From Sphyrna mokarran (taxonomy: Eukaryota), in the NCBI GenBank assembly GCA_024679065.1, contig JAGIQG010000007.1, positions 43,214,001-43,278,000 of the forward strand: a stretch of 64,000 bases of DNA. Direction: 5' to 3'. The notes beneath the pieces are model-generated. The model saw only the letters and a program-made list of their open reading frames with translations. It had not been told where the DNA came from and ran no database searches. A program made the translations under genes and the position numbers. Positions within the stretch are counted from its first letter, which is position 1. Every line of letters starts with the position of its first letter. This document shows positions 24,746 to 36,300 of the stretch, one piece after another.

Positions 24746-25429
24746 TAAAATGTATGCCTTGAAGCTGGCACCATTTCCTTTCTTCAGTGCAGATGTTATT
24801 GTTGATCATTTGTCTCCTAGCTCTTCATTGATGTAAGCATTATTCTTGGATTGTTCTGTTAGAAACATAACTTTCAGATTTGGTTGATATGTCCATGTTC
24901 ATTTTTCTTGAATGCATAACTTAGACCTGATCTTAGAGATTTCTTTCACAATTTGTGAAGAATGGCAAGTGTTTTGTTGGGTACCAAAAAAACCCATTAT
25001 GAGATAAAGGAAGATCATGCTTTTGTAATCCATTATGTTGAAAGATAAAAATGTATGGTGCATTTCAATGAATGACAGTGATTTGCATATTGTTTTGTTG
25101 TACTTCAGGGATCAAATAATCTTTTTTAAAGGTTAAGCTATTTTAGTATTTTGGGCACCCATTCCCAGTATTGTAATTATGGATGGAATATACAGTACCT
25201 TCTGCAGCAGGTTTGATGGAGGGTGGGTAGGGAACAGTGTGGTGTGAACTGAAAACTTGGTATCCTGTGCCATGAAATGACAATGGGAACACGTATTCAT
25301 CTGCAGGGTGGCATGGGTATGGGCAGGAAAGAGGGCAAAGGATTCAGAGGGTGGGGTCTGTAGTGTTCATTAAGGAATAGTGGAAACATATTCAGGGAAT
25401 TGCATCTAGGGAGGGATGGTGAGGGAAAA

Positions 25430-25655
25430 AGGCATCAAGTTTTTTTATACAGAGAGTGATGCATGCCTGTAATTCCATGCCATTGGAGGTAATGAAAGCA
25501 GATACGACAGTGACTTTTAAGAGACATCTTGACAAATAAATGAATAGGATGGGAATATGGTCCCCAGAAGAGTAGAGGGTTTTAGTTCAGTCAGGCAGCA
25601 TCGTCACTGCAGGCTTAGATGGACCTGAACCTGTACTGTAATTTTCTTTGTTCAA
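25430..25655 (+). mobile_element. CR1-type LINE 3' end
   Basis: ttttatacagagagtg..gcctgtaattcc..gaggtaatgaaagcagatac..ttttaagagacatcttgac, followed by a 3' UTR and tail. Confidence 0.75.
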
Positions 25656-27519
25656 TGGAAGTTGGTAGGATGGGTGGGTGAAGCAGGCTGAGGGTTGTTG
25701 GGGAGATGCAGAAGGAGAGACAGATTCTGGGGGTCAGCAGAATGATGGGGTTAAGGGTGATTTACTGGCACAAGTATGCGTTCCTCAAGAAGGCTGGGGT
25801 CTTTGCATTCACCTGCATGGGATATAGAGTGAAGGGAGAGGATTGAAGAGTAACAGGAGACAGATGAGATGTTGAAGCTGGGAGAACAGTTTGAGTTGTA
25901 GCTCCCATGCACAGGCTTAGGAATGAGATCACAAATAAATCTAATTTCATACATCAGACAGTGAAATGCAATTGGACTATATTTACAACAGTATCATAAG
26001 ATTGATAATCAAAATTCTTCATCACATGTGAAATCAAAATTCTTCATCTTGTTTTCCCTCCCACTTTTTCCAGTTGCTCCCTCAATACCTGCAGAAGGTG
26101 TGGTAGCAACTTGCTGACCTCTTTGCCCTGTTGTGTTGAATGCCTTGCTTGGCGTTCTATGGAAACTAAGGCCTGGAGAACCCTGGCATACTTTGGCTGT
26201 CCTGTTGTGCGGCAGCTGCTCTCTCTGCAGTCTCAGAGGACAGGGCAAGCTGAAGGGGTGACAGATGTGCAGGATTTGGAAGGACAGGGCACCCTGGAGA
26301 GAGTTTGAGGTGTCCCATCCCCCTCTCACGTAGTGCCTACAACTGCTCACCCATGGCTACAGTGATGAAATATAGACCTGTGTCTATCTCCCACAGAATC
26401 TGGTCTTTCTGCTCTACCAGATTCTCCATAGTGTCTATTACTGTTCCAACAGAGACCTCAACATGCATGAATGTTTGCACCATTTCATTAGAGAGCAGGC
26501 GGATGGATTCCTCCACCTCATGCTGAATGCCTCTGACATCTCTGCCTGATGTTTCCCCATCTCTTGCAACTTCCCCAGCATCCCATGGAAGGTGAATCCC
26601 AGAGTCTCATCATCTGACATTGACACCACAGATGCCTCTTTTCCAGCAGTCTTCTGAATGCCAGTGAGTTTGGCTGACCCTGCCTTCTCTTGCTATGGAT
26701 ACGTGTCTGTGTGGTGACCACCACAATGGAAGACACAGCCCAAACTATACCTAGCACCCGTGGAGATATGTGTCTCATGATTGATGAGGTGATTGATGTG
26801 ACGCAGCTACAGATGCACCTTTTTCCTCCTGTCCAATGCCCTCTGTCCTCCGTGGATTGGATGAAATGCTGGACATAGTCTCCTCTTGTTCCCTTGTCTT
26901 CTTCCTGCTAGCACCTGTCAGTGAGAGAGAAGAGAGCAGGTGGCTATTTCCAACATGGAGCAATGCATGACCCTTAGGTTTCTATGTGACATGCATGCAG
27001 CCTGACTGGATGGAGGCTGTCTGCTGACCTCTCCATCACTGCTGGGCTGCTCGCTGCTTGAATTCAGTCAGACTTTTGAATTCAGGCCAGCTCCTCTCTC
27101 TCTGGTTGAGAACAGTTGGGTTTCGGACATCTTTCTTACAGTCTGACAAACAACCCACTGGATAGTCTGTCGTGTAATTGGTACACTGCAAGTTGTGCAG
27201 AAGGGTTTCGGGCAGCACTTTCCCAGAATGATTAGCCTTTGCGGGGGGAGAGATAAGACACAAAGAAGCATTTTTGTTAGTGATGCTTGCTGGTTTAACA
27301 TCTAACCTCTTATTCTCCAGTGCCTCACCCTCCCAGGCCGAATCAGAATGCTCTGTGTGGAAGAGTCAAGGAGCCTCAGTGGTCTCTCTGCCTGCAGACT
27401 ATATTCTGCAGTGGGGTTTTGAGGCATCACTTCATTATGTTGAGTAGCTTCTTTTATGTTTGGGCCGCACACGTGGTACCTTTGCCACTGAGGCCCCAGT
27501 GCCCCCTCCCATTCAGAAA

Positions 27520-27860
27520 GTTTATTTATTTATTCATAACAAATAAGCCTTACTTTAACATTGCAATGCAGTTGTTGTGAAATTCCCCTAGTCGTCACAC
27601 TTATGGCGTCTGTTGGAGTCAATGCACCTAACCAGTACGTCTTTCATACGGCAGGAGGAAACTAAAGTACCTGGAGGAAATCCATGCAGACACTGAGAGA
27701 ATGTGGAAACTCCAAATGGATTAATTATCCCATCCTCTCTGCCAGATTAAGTGAATTATCAATTCCTCACGCAACGCCAAGGACTCGGGTTTGATTCCCA
27801 GCTTGGGCCAAACAGTGACCCAAGCCGGGAATTGAACCTGGTTCCCTGGCACTGTGTGAA
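27520..27860 (-). mobile_element. V-SINE with alternative (non-HE1) 3' tail, internally rearranged
   Basis: V-domain (ggaggaaa..cctggaggaaatccatgcagacac), tRNA head at 27816-27860, and a tail shared with 30440-30740 ending in (tttA)n. Confidence 0.75.
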
Positions 27861-27905
27861 GAATTGATGGTTCACATTTAATCTGGCAGAACAGATGAGG
27901 TAATT
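27723..27905. repeat. Inverted repeat (foldback), ~90-bp arms, 5-nt loop
   Basis: Left arm tctgccagattaagtgaattatcaattcctcac..cccagcttgggcca is the reverse complement, with mismatches, of right arm tgacccaagccggga..gaagaattgatggttcacatttaatctggcaga. Confidence 0.85.
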
Positions 27906-28100
27906 CGTCCAATTTTCAATGCTGCAGGGCAGATTTCTGGTGGATGCTCTGGGCACTGACCTTCCTGCAGACTTCATTCTATGCTGGATTGGTGTAATGG
28001 CTCAATCTCCTCTTTCCAGTCTCTGGGTTAAGGATGGCCCACCTGTGCTTCTCTGCACTGAGAAGCAATTCCAGAGACACATCTTGCAATGTGGAGGGCT
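27880..28100 (-). pseudogene. Harbinger-type Myb/SANT DNA-binding ORF relic
   Basis: Minus-strand translation DVSLELLLSAEKHRWAILNPETGKRRLSHYTNPA*NEVCRKVSAQSIHQKSALQ fits the Myb/SANT (MSANTD/NAIF1-like) pattern ..AW.EV...VS.......QC.K, but with stops. Confidence 0.6.
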
Positions 28101-28235
28101 GAGATCCTTGCAGTCAGTAGGCAATCTCCTCCTTCAGCGGTGATGTCCAGTGCATTCGCAATATGTTGTCTGCATATGATACCAGGGCGCATTCCTTCCC
28201 ACTTGCTGCGCTGCAGGAAGTTCCTGATTAGATAG

Positions 28236-28498
28236 ATTTGATTTGAATTGAGTTATTATTGTCACATGCATTGAGATACAGTGAAAAGTATTGTTCCTTG
28301 TGCATTCTTCATGCAAAGCATACCATTTACAGAGTACATAAGAGAGAAGGAAAGGAGAGGATGCAGAATATAGTGTTACAGTTACAGCTAGGGTGCAAAG
28401 AAAAATCAATGTAATATGTGGTAGGTACATTCAAAAGCCTGATGGCTGCAAGGAAGAAGCTGTTCTTGAGTTGGTTGATACATGTTCTCACATTTTGT
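28236..28498 (-). mobile_element. Rex1/Babar-like LINE 3' end
   Basis: The minus strand encodes NQLKNSFFLAAIRLLN (Rex1-type ORF C-terminus), then a 3' UTR and an (aaatc)n tail. A second copy lies at 54525-54725. Confidence 0.75.
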
Positions 28499-28620
28499 TA
28501 ATTAATGAGACCAAAGTCGCTCGATTTGTCTGGAATTCCCACCGAGCTCCGCGATAGGAAATGTTGCCAGTTCCCACCCACACCACAGGATGTGGGACAG
28601 AATTTCCCACTCCAGGACTA

Positions 28621-28716
28621 TGGCCGAAATTCTCCGACCTCACTCACAGCTGGGATTCTCCAGTCCCACTGCGGTGAATGGAAATTTGGCTGAGCAATAT
28701 TGGAGAATTCCGGCCC
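28621..28716. mobile_element. MITE (~96 bp) with 15-bp TIRs
   Basis: tggccgaaattctcc ... ggagaattccggccc. Confidence 0.65.
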
Positions 28717-30289
28717 ATGTCTCTATGCCAACTGTTAGTTTTTCCTTTTGGAAGTAATGCAAGATGGTTTTCTGCATTAAAGTTGCTACATAAATGCAAG
28801 CTGTTGTGACAGATCTAGGTCTGAGTTCATGTATTTACATGAGGTCATGTATGTAAACCATCATTTGAATTTCATAATTGCTAAAAATTGAGATGGGGAA
28901 ATACTTACCTGGAAGACCAAACACATGTGTTTGTGTTACAAACTTGTGCTTCATGGACCCACACCTTTGAGTATTATGCATGGTCATGAGTTCAGTCGGA
29001 AGTGTTTTTATTTCACTATAAAGTTATTTATGCCTTTTGTATTGATCAAATGTAAAGCTGTATTTGTTTTGCTTGAGAAGGGAAAGCGAAATGAGTACAT
29101 ATTTCCATCTGTAAAATCAGAATCATCCTAATTGTGTGAGGGAGAGTACAGTTTATTATCTCGTGGTGATCTAAGCCTGTTTTTGTCAACCTAAAGCTTG
29201 ATATCCAGGCTAGAGGCCAAAGTCATCTCGTAGCCAGAAAAAGCTATAGGAAATGAGCAGAGGGCTGGCAGAAAGCAGCCTGGTCTAATCAGCAAAACAA
29301 TTGGAATTCATCAAGTAGAATAGGAAGGCTGGTGAAATGGAGAAAGGAACTTTCATTTGAATAGAGTTACGGGGAGATGGCCAAAAATGTGATTTTGTGT
29401 CTTCAGCTGCTATTTCTGACTCAGGGCATTGTCTCCCAAGAGTTCTTATCTTAAATTCCTGGATATGAACTTCTTCCTAAAAATGAGCAAAACAAAGAAT
29501 AGCAAAATAAAAGCAGATGCTGCTGTGAATAACAGATATGTTTCTTCTGCAGTTAATTTTTTTAACAGTACATATTCTGGATCCATGTTTTGACATGCAG
29601 TGAATCACATTTAAAAGTTGTTATTTGCCAATTTAAAAAAAACCTTCTCTCTGCATAAGCTGTTAATCTTCCCAGATATGTTTGACTGAAAATAAAGGTG
29701 GTTCTGGTGAAACAATCATCAAAAACTGTAGGATTATCACTCAAAGAACAATAGGCAATTTAGAGGCACATTGTTCACAATATCAGATGTGAACTGAGAC
29801 AGCGTCTGCAACACCACTTGAAAGGAGATTGGGTAAGTATATAGAGGGAGAAGGCAACTTTAAATGATGTAGGATGTAGACAGATTAATGGGAAGTTGGA
29901 GCTGACACCAACAGTGGGTCAAATGGCCTCCTATGTATTAATGATTATTATCCACTTCCAGTGGCAATCATTGGTTGTCTCTGTTGAAATATATTTTTGA
30001 AGTGTGTTGATCTATCTTGTTGAAGCTGCCATTTACTGTCAGGTCTGATCTGCCAGCAACTAACTCTGCAAACAGTTTAGCCCAGCAGCCCTTTTAGCTT
30101 CCTCAGACCAATGACCTGAATAGTTTTTTGGTAATTGGCAGTTCAATGAACAAAGCTTTAAATAATCATCAAAACCAATGTGGTTTTTGTGATCTGTAGA
30201 TCCAGATTTTGAGCCATTGAAAGTTCAGTAGAGTGGAACCTCAGTGATGTGGAAAATTGACCAGGTATGTCCACAAAAATGCAGGACAA

Positions 30290-30435
30290 AGATGTGCAGG
30301 TTATGTGCATGCTCAATTGCCCCTTTGTGTCAGAGAAATTAGCAGGGTAATTATGTGTGGTTACAGGGATAAGGCCTGGGTGGGATCATTGTCGGCACAG
30401 ACTCGATGGACCAAATAGCCTCTTCCTGCTCTGTT
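30290..30435 (+). mobile_element. HE1-type SINE 3' half
   Basis: gatgtgcaggtt..aattgcccctt..ggcctgggtgggat..cagactcgatgg..cctcttcctgctctgt; the remaining tail resumes at ~30741. Confidence 0.8.
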
Positions 30436-30439
30436 TTTT

Positions 30440-30740
30440 AAAGATTATTTATTAGTGTCTTAGGCGTGTATTAACACTACAATGAAGTTACTGTGAAAAT
30501 TCCCAAATTGCCACACTCTGGCACCCTTTCGGGTACAGTGAAGGAGAATTTAGCGCTGCCGGTGCACCTAATAAACATGTCTTTTGGACTGTGGGAGGAA
30601 ACCGGAGCACCTGGAGGAAACTCATGCAGATAAAGGGACAATGTGCAGATTCTCTGCAGATAGTGACCCAAGCCGTGAATCGATCCCTGATCCCTGGAGC
30701 TGTAAGGCAACGCTGCTAACTACTGTGCAACCGTGTCACC
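30440..30740 (-). mobile_element. Full-length V-SINE with alternative tail, nested in the HE1 tail
   Basis: tRNA head (~30660-30740), V-domain (gtgggaggaaaccggagcacctggaggaaac), and tail ..gaagttactgtgaaaattccc.. shared with 27520-27716. Confidence 0.85.
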
Positions 30741-31067
30741 AATTCTGTGTGTTTCTATGAAATCCAGTCTTTCTTAGTAACACCACAGCAATCTACTCTC
30801 AATCATCAGCAGTATGTTGGAAGACATCATCAAAATCTTTATAGGTAGCAATAACTTGTTCACCGATGCTTTGGGTTTTGACAGGACCAGTCTGCTGCTG
30901 TCCAGAGTTGTAGATAGCAAGGCAGCATTTAACGGAGCACAGCATTAAGGAGCCCTAGTAAAATTAAAGTTAGTGAATTTGGGGGAGAAAGTTGGAGCGA
31001 GTAGTGGTTACACTCCACTATCACAAAGAAAGACGATTGTACTCTTTGGAATGAACCCAAGTCTTCA

Positions 31068-31150
31068 CTCACCTGATGAAGGAGCAGCACTCCAAAAGCT
31101 TGTGCTATCAAATAAACCTGTTGGACTTTAATCTCGTGTTGTGTGATAGC
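31068..31150 (+). mobile_element. Penelope-like terminal fragment with decayed hammerhead motif
   Basis: cacctgatgaaggagcagcactccaaaagcttgtg..aataaacctgttggactttaa..gtgttgtg resembles a shark Penelope pLTR. Confidence 0.7.
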
Positions 31151-32045
31151 TTAATATGACTTTGGGCCTGTTGAGGCCCTTAAGTGGCCAATTAGTTGTT
31201 ATTGAAGTGCCTCATCCTACACCTGTTGTTATTTTACCAGCAACAGTGGGAGATGTAGGCCAAACAGGAAGTCTGGCAGCTTTTACTGGGTGAGCAAAAA
31301 GAAGACAGACCTCTTTCTGGGGAAGGGAGAGGAATGGGGAAGAAGGGGAGGGGAGAAGAGGAAGGCATCATGCCCTTCAGAGGAACCCCCCTCAAAATTA
31401 TTATAATACCCCTTTAATCCTTTCTAAGCCTTTCCGCAGCCTCAAAACTAGTCCCTCATATCCTTTGTGCTCCCTGCTGGGACTGTCAATATGTCAGACA
31501 TACTTTCAGTTTGGCTTCCATAACCACCTCTTTGGGTTTTGGCTGTAGTCACAACAGTGGCAGAATTCAAATCTGGTGTTGCTGGGATAACTAAGAAGCC
31601 AGCTGATTTTCAAGACTTGGGGGTGTGCGGAAGACTCACTATGAGCCAATTACCTGTCAAGTATAACATGGCTGCTGAGATGCTGGCTTTTTTGTTGGCA
31701 TTCTCACAAAGAACTTACAATGAAGTGGTCTTGCCCACCCTGTGAAACAAGATCTGGACAACATTCAGGACTGGACTTGCAAATAACAAATAATGTTCAT
31801 GCCATACCACACATTCTGCCAGACATTCTCCAATGAGAGAAACTTGCGCCATTTCCCTGTCTGTCATCTACAAGGCATCTTCTAGTTCTGTGTGTCTGGA
31901 GTGTGATGGAATATTCCTCACTTTGCTAAAGTATCAATGGAATTTATAGCAGTTTCAAACTAGTTCTATGGTCCTTACGGAACACAGTAACTGAAATACA
32001 TTGTGTCACCTGGAAACCTCAGCAAAATCCGAAGGCCCTTTCCAC

Positions 32046-32219
32046 CCTGGTCCCTGGCGCTGTAAGGCAATGGTGCTAATCACGGTGCAACCCTATGCCG
32101 CCAATTCTGTGTGATTCTATGAAATCCAGTCTTCCTCAGTAACACCACAGCTTTCTACTCTCAGCCACCAGCAGTGTGTCAGAAAATGTCATCAAAATCT
32201 TTATAGGTAGCAATAACTT
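32046..32219 (+). repeat. Diverged direct duplicate of 30686-30857
   Basis: Both copies read tccctgg.gctgtaaggcaa..ccaattctgtgtg.ttctatgaaatccagtctt..agtaacaccacagc..catcaaaatctttataggtagcaataactt. Confidence 0.9.
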
Positions 32220-33173
32220 CTTTACTTGAATTTCTTGGCTTCTTGCATGGAGCAGTATCCTGATGGTAACAAGTTCTATCCAAGCCCTCAGATTCAAGTT
32301 CCTAATGAACCATGGGCAATCTGTTTGACTCTTAATCCTTGGAATTTTGGGGCCATGTTCTTCAATGTCTCTGTTAATATAATTACTAACAAAACAAACG
32401 AGAAAAATGATTCCAATGTTAATTGGTTGGTGTCTTCAGTGCTGGGTATTTTGACATGACTGGGGAAAGTGGAAGGACTGCGACTGAACACAGATTAGAT
32501 TTACATTGTTTTAAAATCAATCTTAATTGTGACATTGCCTATAGTTGTCAACTTTGAAATGATGTGAAGGGAAGGCAGATTTGATCACATCAGAGATGAC
32601 CGTAAGTGGATTTAGCTACATAATCTGTCAAACCTAATTTGATCTGTGAAGGAGGGAGGAGATAAAGAGAAAAATCAATACCATACATTCCATTGCTTTG
32701 GGGTTACTCATTTGTACTATTTTTATTCCGTGGCCTTTAGTAAATTTGCACAAGCTGTTCTACAGCCCAGAGGAGTTGCAGTATTGGAAGCTCCTTTGCA
32801 TTTTTAACCCTGTATTAGGTACAATTTGCTTTTAGCATACTCACACAGATTGATTGACGGGACTTCATTCTGAGATTAATTGTATGTTGAAGGAAATGTT
32901 TTGAAGTGGGTTGGGGTAGGCATCAACTTTGTCAGAAACAGACATTGGTTGGCATTCAGGATATTAAAATATAGATTTTTCTGTTATTAGTTGAATCTTT
33001 CAGAGAAGAAATGACAAGACTGCTTATATGTACACAATGATAAGGAGAATAGAAGGGAAACAGCACGGAAGGATGCCATTCAGCCTGTCATGCTCTCTGG
33101 GGCTTTGTCCAGAGCAGTTCACCACTCCCCCACCTCTCCCTAACCCTACAAATTAAGCCATATCATTGAAAAT

Positions 33174-33385
33174 TGGCTGGAGTTTTCTAGTTTTCCCCCA
33201 CCTTCTTCCTCCAGTGGTGGGTTTTTCTGCAGAGAAGGCAGCTTACCCCTGGCCACCAGCAGCATCTTCCAGTCTCGCCAAAATCAACATCTTATCCATT
33301 GCTGCGGAAGAGTCTGTGATGAGGGTTGACTTTGTTGGGGCTAGAAAATCCCGTCCGCAGGAAAGGCCAGAAAATCTTACCCCAG
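33174..33385. mobile_element. Degenerate MITE
   Basis: Imperfect inverted ends ggctggagttttc / gaaaatcttaccc in the same style as the other TIR elements. Confidence 0.45.
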
Positions 33386-36300
33386 GTCTTTTTGATTTTC
33401 AAAACTCTGCATTAAACTGTAACTGAGTGCCTTAACCCTATAACTTGGTGCCTCTAGTTTCACAGAGTTGTTTCAAAACTGTGGTTCTCATTATTGTTTG
33501 TTCTTTAATTGAAACCCTGAACAAATCAATTCTGCTTTACTCTTCTGTTCTATCCATAGCATCACTACCCACACCTTACTCCCCAATTCCCCTTCCTCTT
33601 CTTGCCACAAAAAATAATGTTTTAAATTAGCAAATACTGGGTAGACATGTTAGCAAATGCTCCTAATCTCCCCATACAACATGTTTCCGCAGCCCTTTAT
33701 CATGTTCATTTTTGCAGTATTAACAGAAGCCAGGTCTACAGAACCCAACTTTTTGACAGAGTATTAATATTTTATTGTGGGCCATGGCATTGTGTGAGGC
33801 TTTTTGAGGGCCATGATAGTTACACAGGAACAGTGGCTCAAGTCCAGTGATCTGAAAACTTTTATTTTAAGCGATCATTCATGAATTTTTATTATGAGTA
33901 AAATAATTACTGTCTTGTTAAACTAAAGGTGTATGGGTGCAGTAGCGCATCAACTTATCAGCTTTGTCCATCTGTCTTTTCCTGCACCCTGGTCCATTTG
34001 ACCCTTGGCTCAATCCAACCTGGCCCAAACTGCCTGTGCAAGATCTGGCCCAAAAGCCAGCAAGATATAATATCCGGCACGGGCTTGGTCCAGACATTGC
34101 CAGTTTTGAGAGACTGTATTATAGAAGTCAAATGCTTTCAATTTGAAAAAATTATCATGCTTCTATGCTTCAATAGATATCACGCATTCAATCTTTCTTA
34201 GCAAAGGCTGGGAAAACTTTAGAAAACTTATCACATCTGATTAATGGCTGTTTTAAATGAAATAATATTGTCTTTAAAGCAGGAAGTTTTTCCTAATCTA
34301 ATAGCTTTGAGACATTTCTATGCAATTCTATTTGCTTTTAGAAATATCCAAAAAAATGTTGTCAAAAAATTGAGTTTTTGTCTTTTGCTTGTACAGTATT
34401 GTTAATATTTTCAGCTTTAAAATATAAGACTTAGAAAAAGTACAAATGCACACATTTGTGGTTTATACAAAACTCTAACATATGGGTAGTTCGGAGAAAA
34501 ACCATACTTTTTTTTGTTGATGCTCCAGCAAGTTCTAGCGGAAGCAGATCTGAGTTTCTGTGGAGCCGTAGCATGGGTCAGACCCATACACTACATTCCT
34601 GCTTCCGTGTTTAACAACCTGAGGAGCAAAACATCCAGTAACAAGTGTGTGAAACTTCTGTATCTTGGGCCACAGTTTGTTGCTCTGACATCCTGCAAGC
34701 CAATCCTGTCCGCTCACAAACGTCAGGGCTGGTTCCTGACAGCATGCTATCTCTGCCTGGCCTGGGTTCCTTTCATTCAGGATTCATTGTGTGGAAGAGG
34801 GTTTGGTCAGGAATTCGGGTTCCTGCCAGTAATGCTCTCTCCCAGCCCCTTCAGCACTGATAGATGCCTGTTGTCGTGGACAAAGGAATTGGCTCTTTGC
34901 TCCCTCTGTTCCTCCCTGCATCCGAGATTGGAATTTATACTGTTTCTACCACATATGATAACCATGTAAAAAAAAAGTATAAAAGCATTGCTAAATATAT
35001 TTTTAATCAACTAATGTATGTTTTGCAGAGAGTAAATCTAAATAACAAGTTATTTGCAAGCAAAAAGAGGACAGTATTAAAAAAATGCACTTGCTTCTAT
35101 TTGTATTGTCAGTTTATCTGAATTTGAATTTTTTTTTATTACACATTTTCACTTATGTTCATATTGTATGAGGGGAATACAAGCATCTTCAACTTAAATA
35201 TTTTTGGAACCATAAGATAAAAGCTGTGGCTACCTGTAAAAAGCAAAGGTTTTTACAGATATGAGGAAATAATGAGTCTCCTGGTCGTTTTTTTGTAAAC
35301 CGTAATATCTACAAAGCTCTGAACAGCTGATGCCAACACAAATTGTCTGTTGTGCTGTATTACCAGCTCCATCTAGTGGTTTAATCTTTCTGCTATTCAA
35401 TAGTATAAGTGACTTCTTCACTGAATTTCTTGCAAAATGCTTTGCTAACATTTGTTATTGAGCTTAAAATGTCACAGTAATCATTCCTTTTCTGTCATAT
35501 TTGAAGTTTTAAGCAACCAATATGTGGTTATAAACTTTCAATGTGTTTGAACAGTTAATTGATTCATGTCGGCACATTATTGCCATAAATACATTGTCAG
35601 GTGGACCTTTGGTAAATCTTTAATTGCTGGAAGAAATAAATATTGGGAAAGTAAGAGCAAAAAATGTGTTGTATAACCAACTCTATTCAAGTGATGAACA
35701 ATACTTTTAATCTACAGCAAACATCTGCAAAAAGATTAATTTAGTTTGCATTGATAGATCATCAGAATGAGGGAAGGCCTTGAAGTTTTTGCCTGAAGTA
35801 TGGTGTGGGTAGGGTAACTTTCAGAAAAGTAGTCCAGATGGCAAACAACACACTGCAGCCCTATGTTTTTTTTGTCTCTAGTGCAAAGGAGGGAAAGTTA
35901 ATTGAAGCATAAACTATCACCCTTGCATTTCAACAGAGCTAACTCATCATCAGTCAGATAATAAAGCGGAGTGGGGGAGGGGGAATTGGGTGATTAAGCT
36001 TGTAGAGAAACACTTCAGCTGTGGTGCTGTCGAAGCACAGGAAACTGAACAACACTGTTGGCCTGGTTATGAAGAAGCATAAGAGTTGTCCCTCCCTGAC
36101 AGATTTCACATGGGTGGGTCAGCCTTGCCAGCAGGAGGCTTTAAGAAAACACTAATAGCTTCCAGCTGTGTGGAAAATCAGACTCTTTAGAGTCAAAAAT
36201 GGGAGATTTGAATTTCAAAGCATGCTAATGCCTTCATTTCTGTTCACTACCATTTGGCCATAAAAGATTATTTTCCAATATGTCAACCCAATTGATGGCC

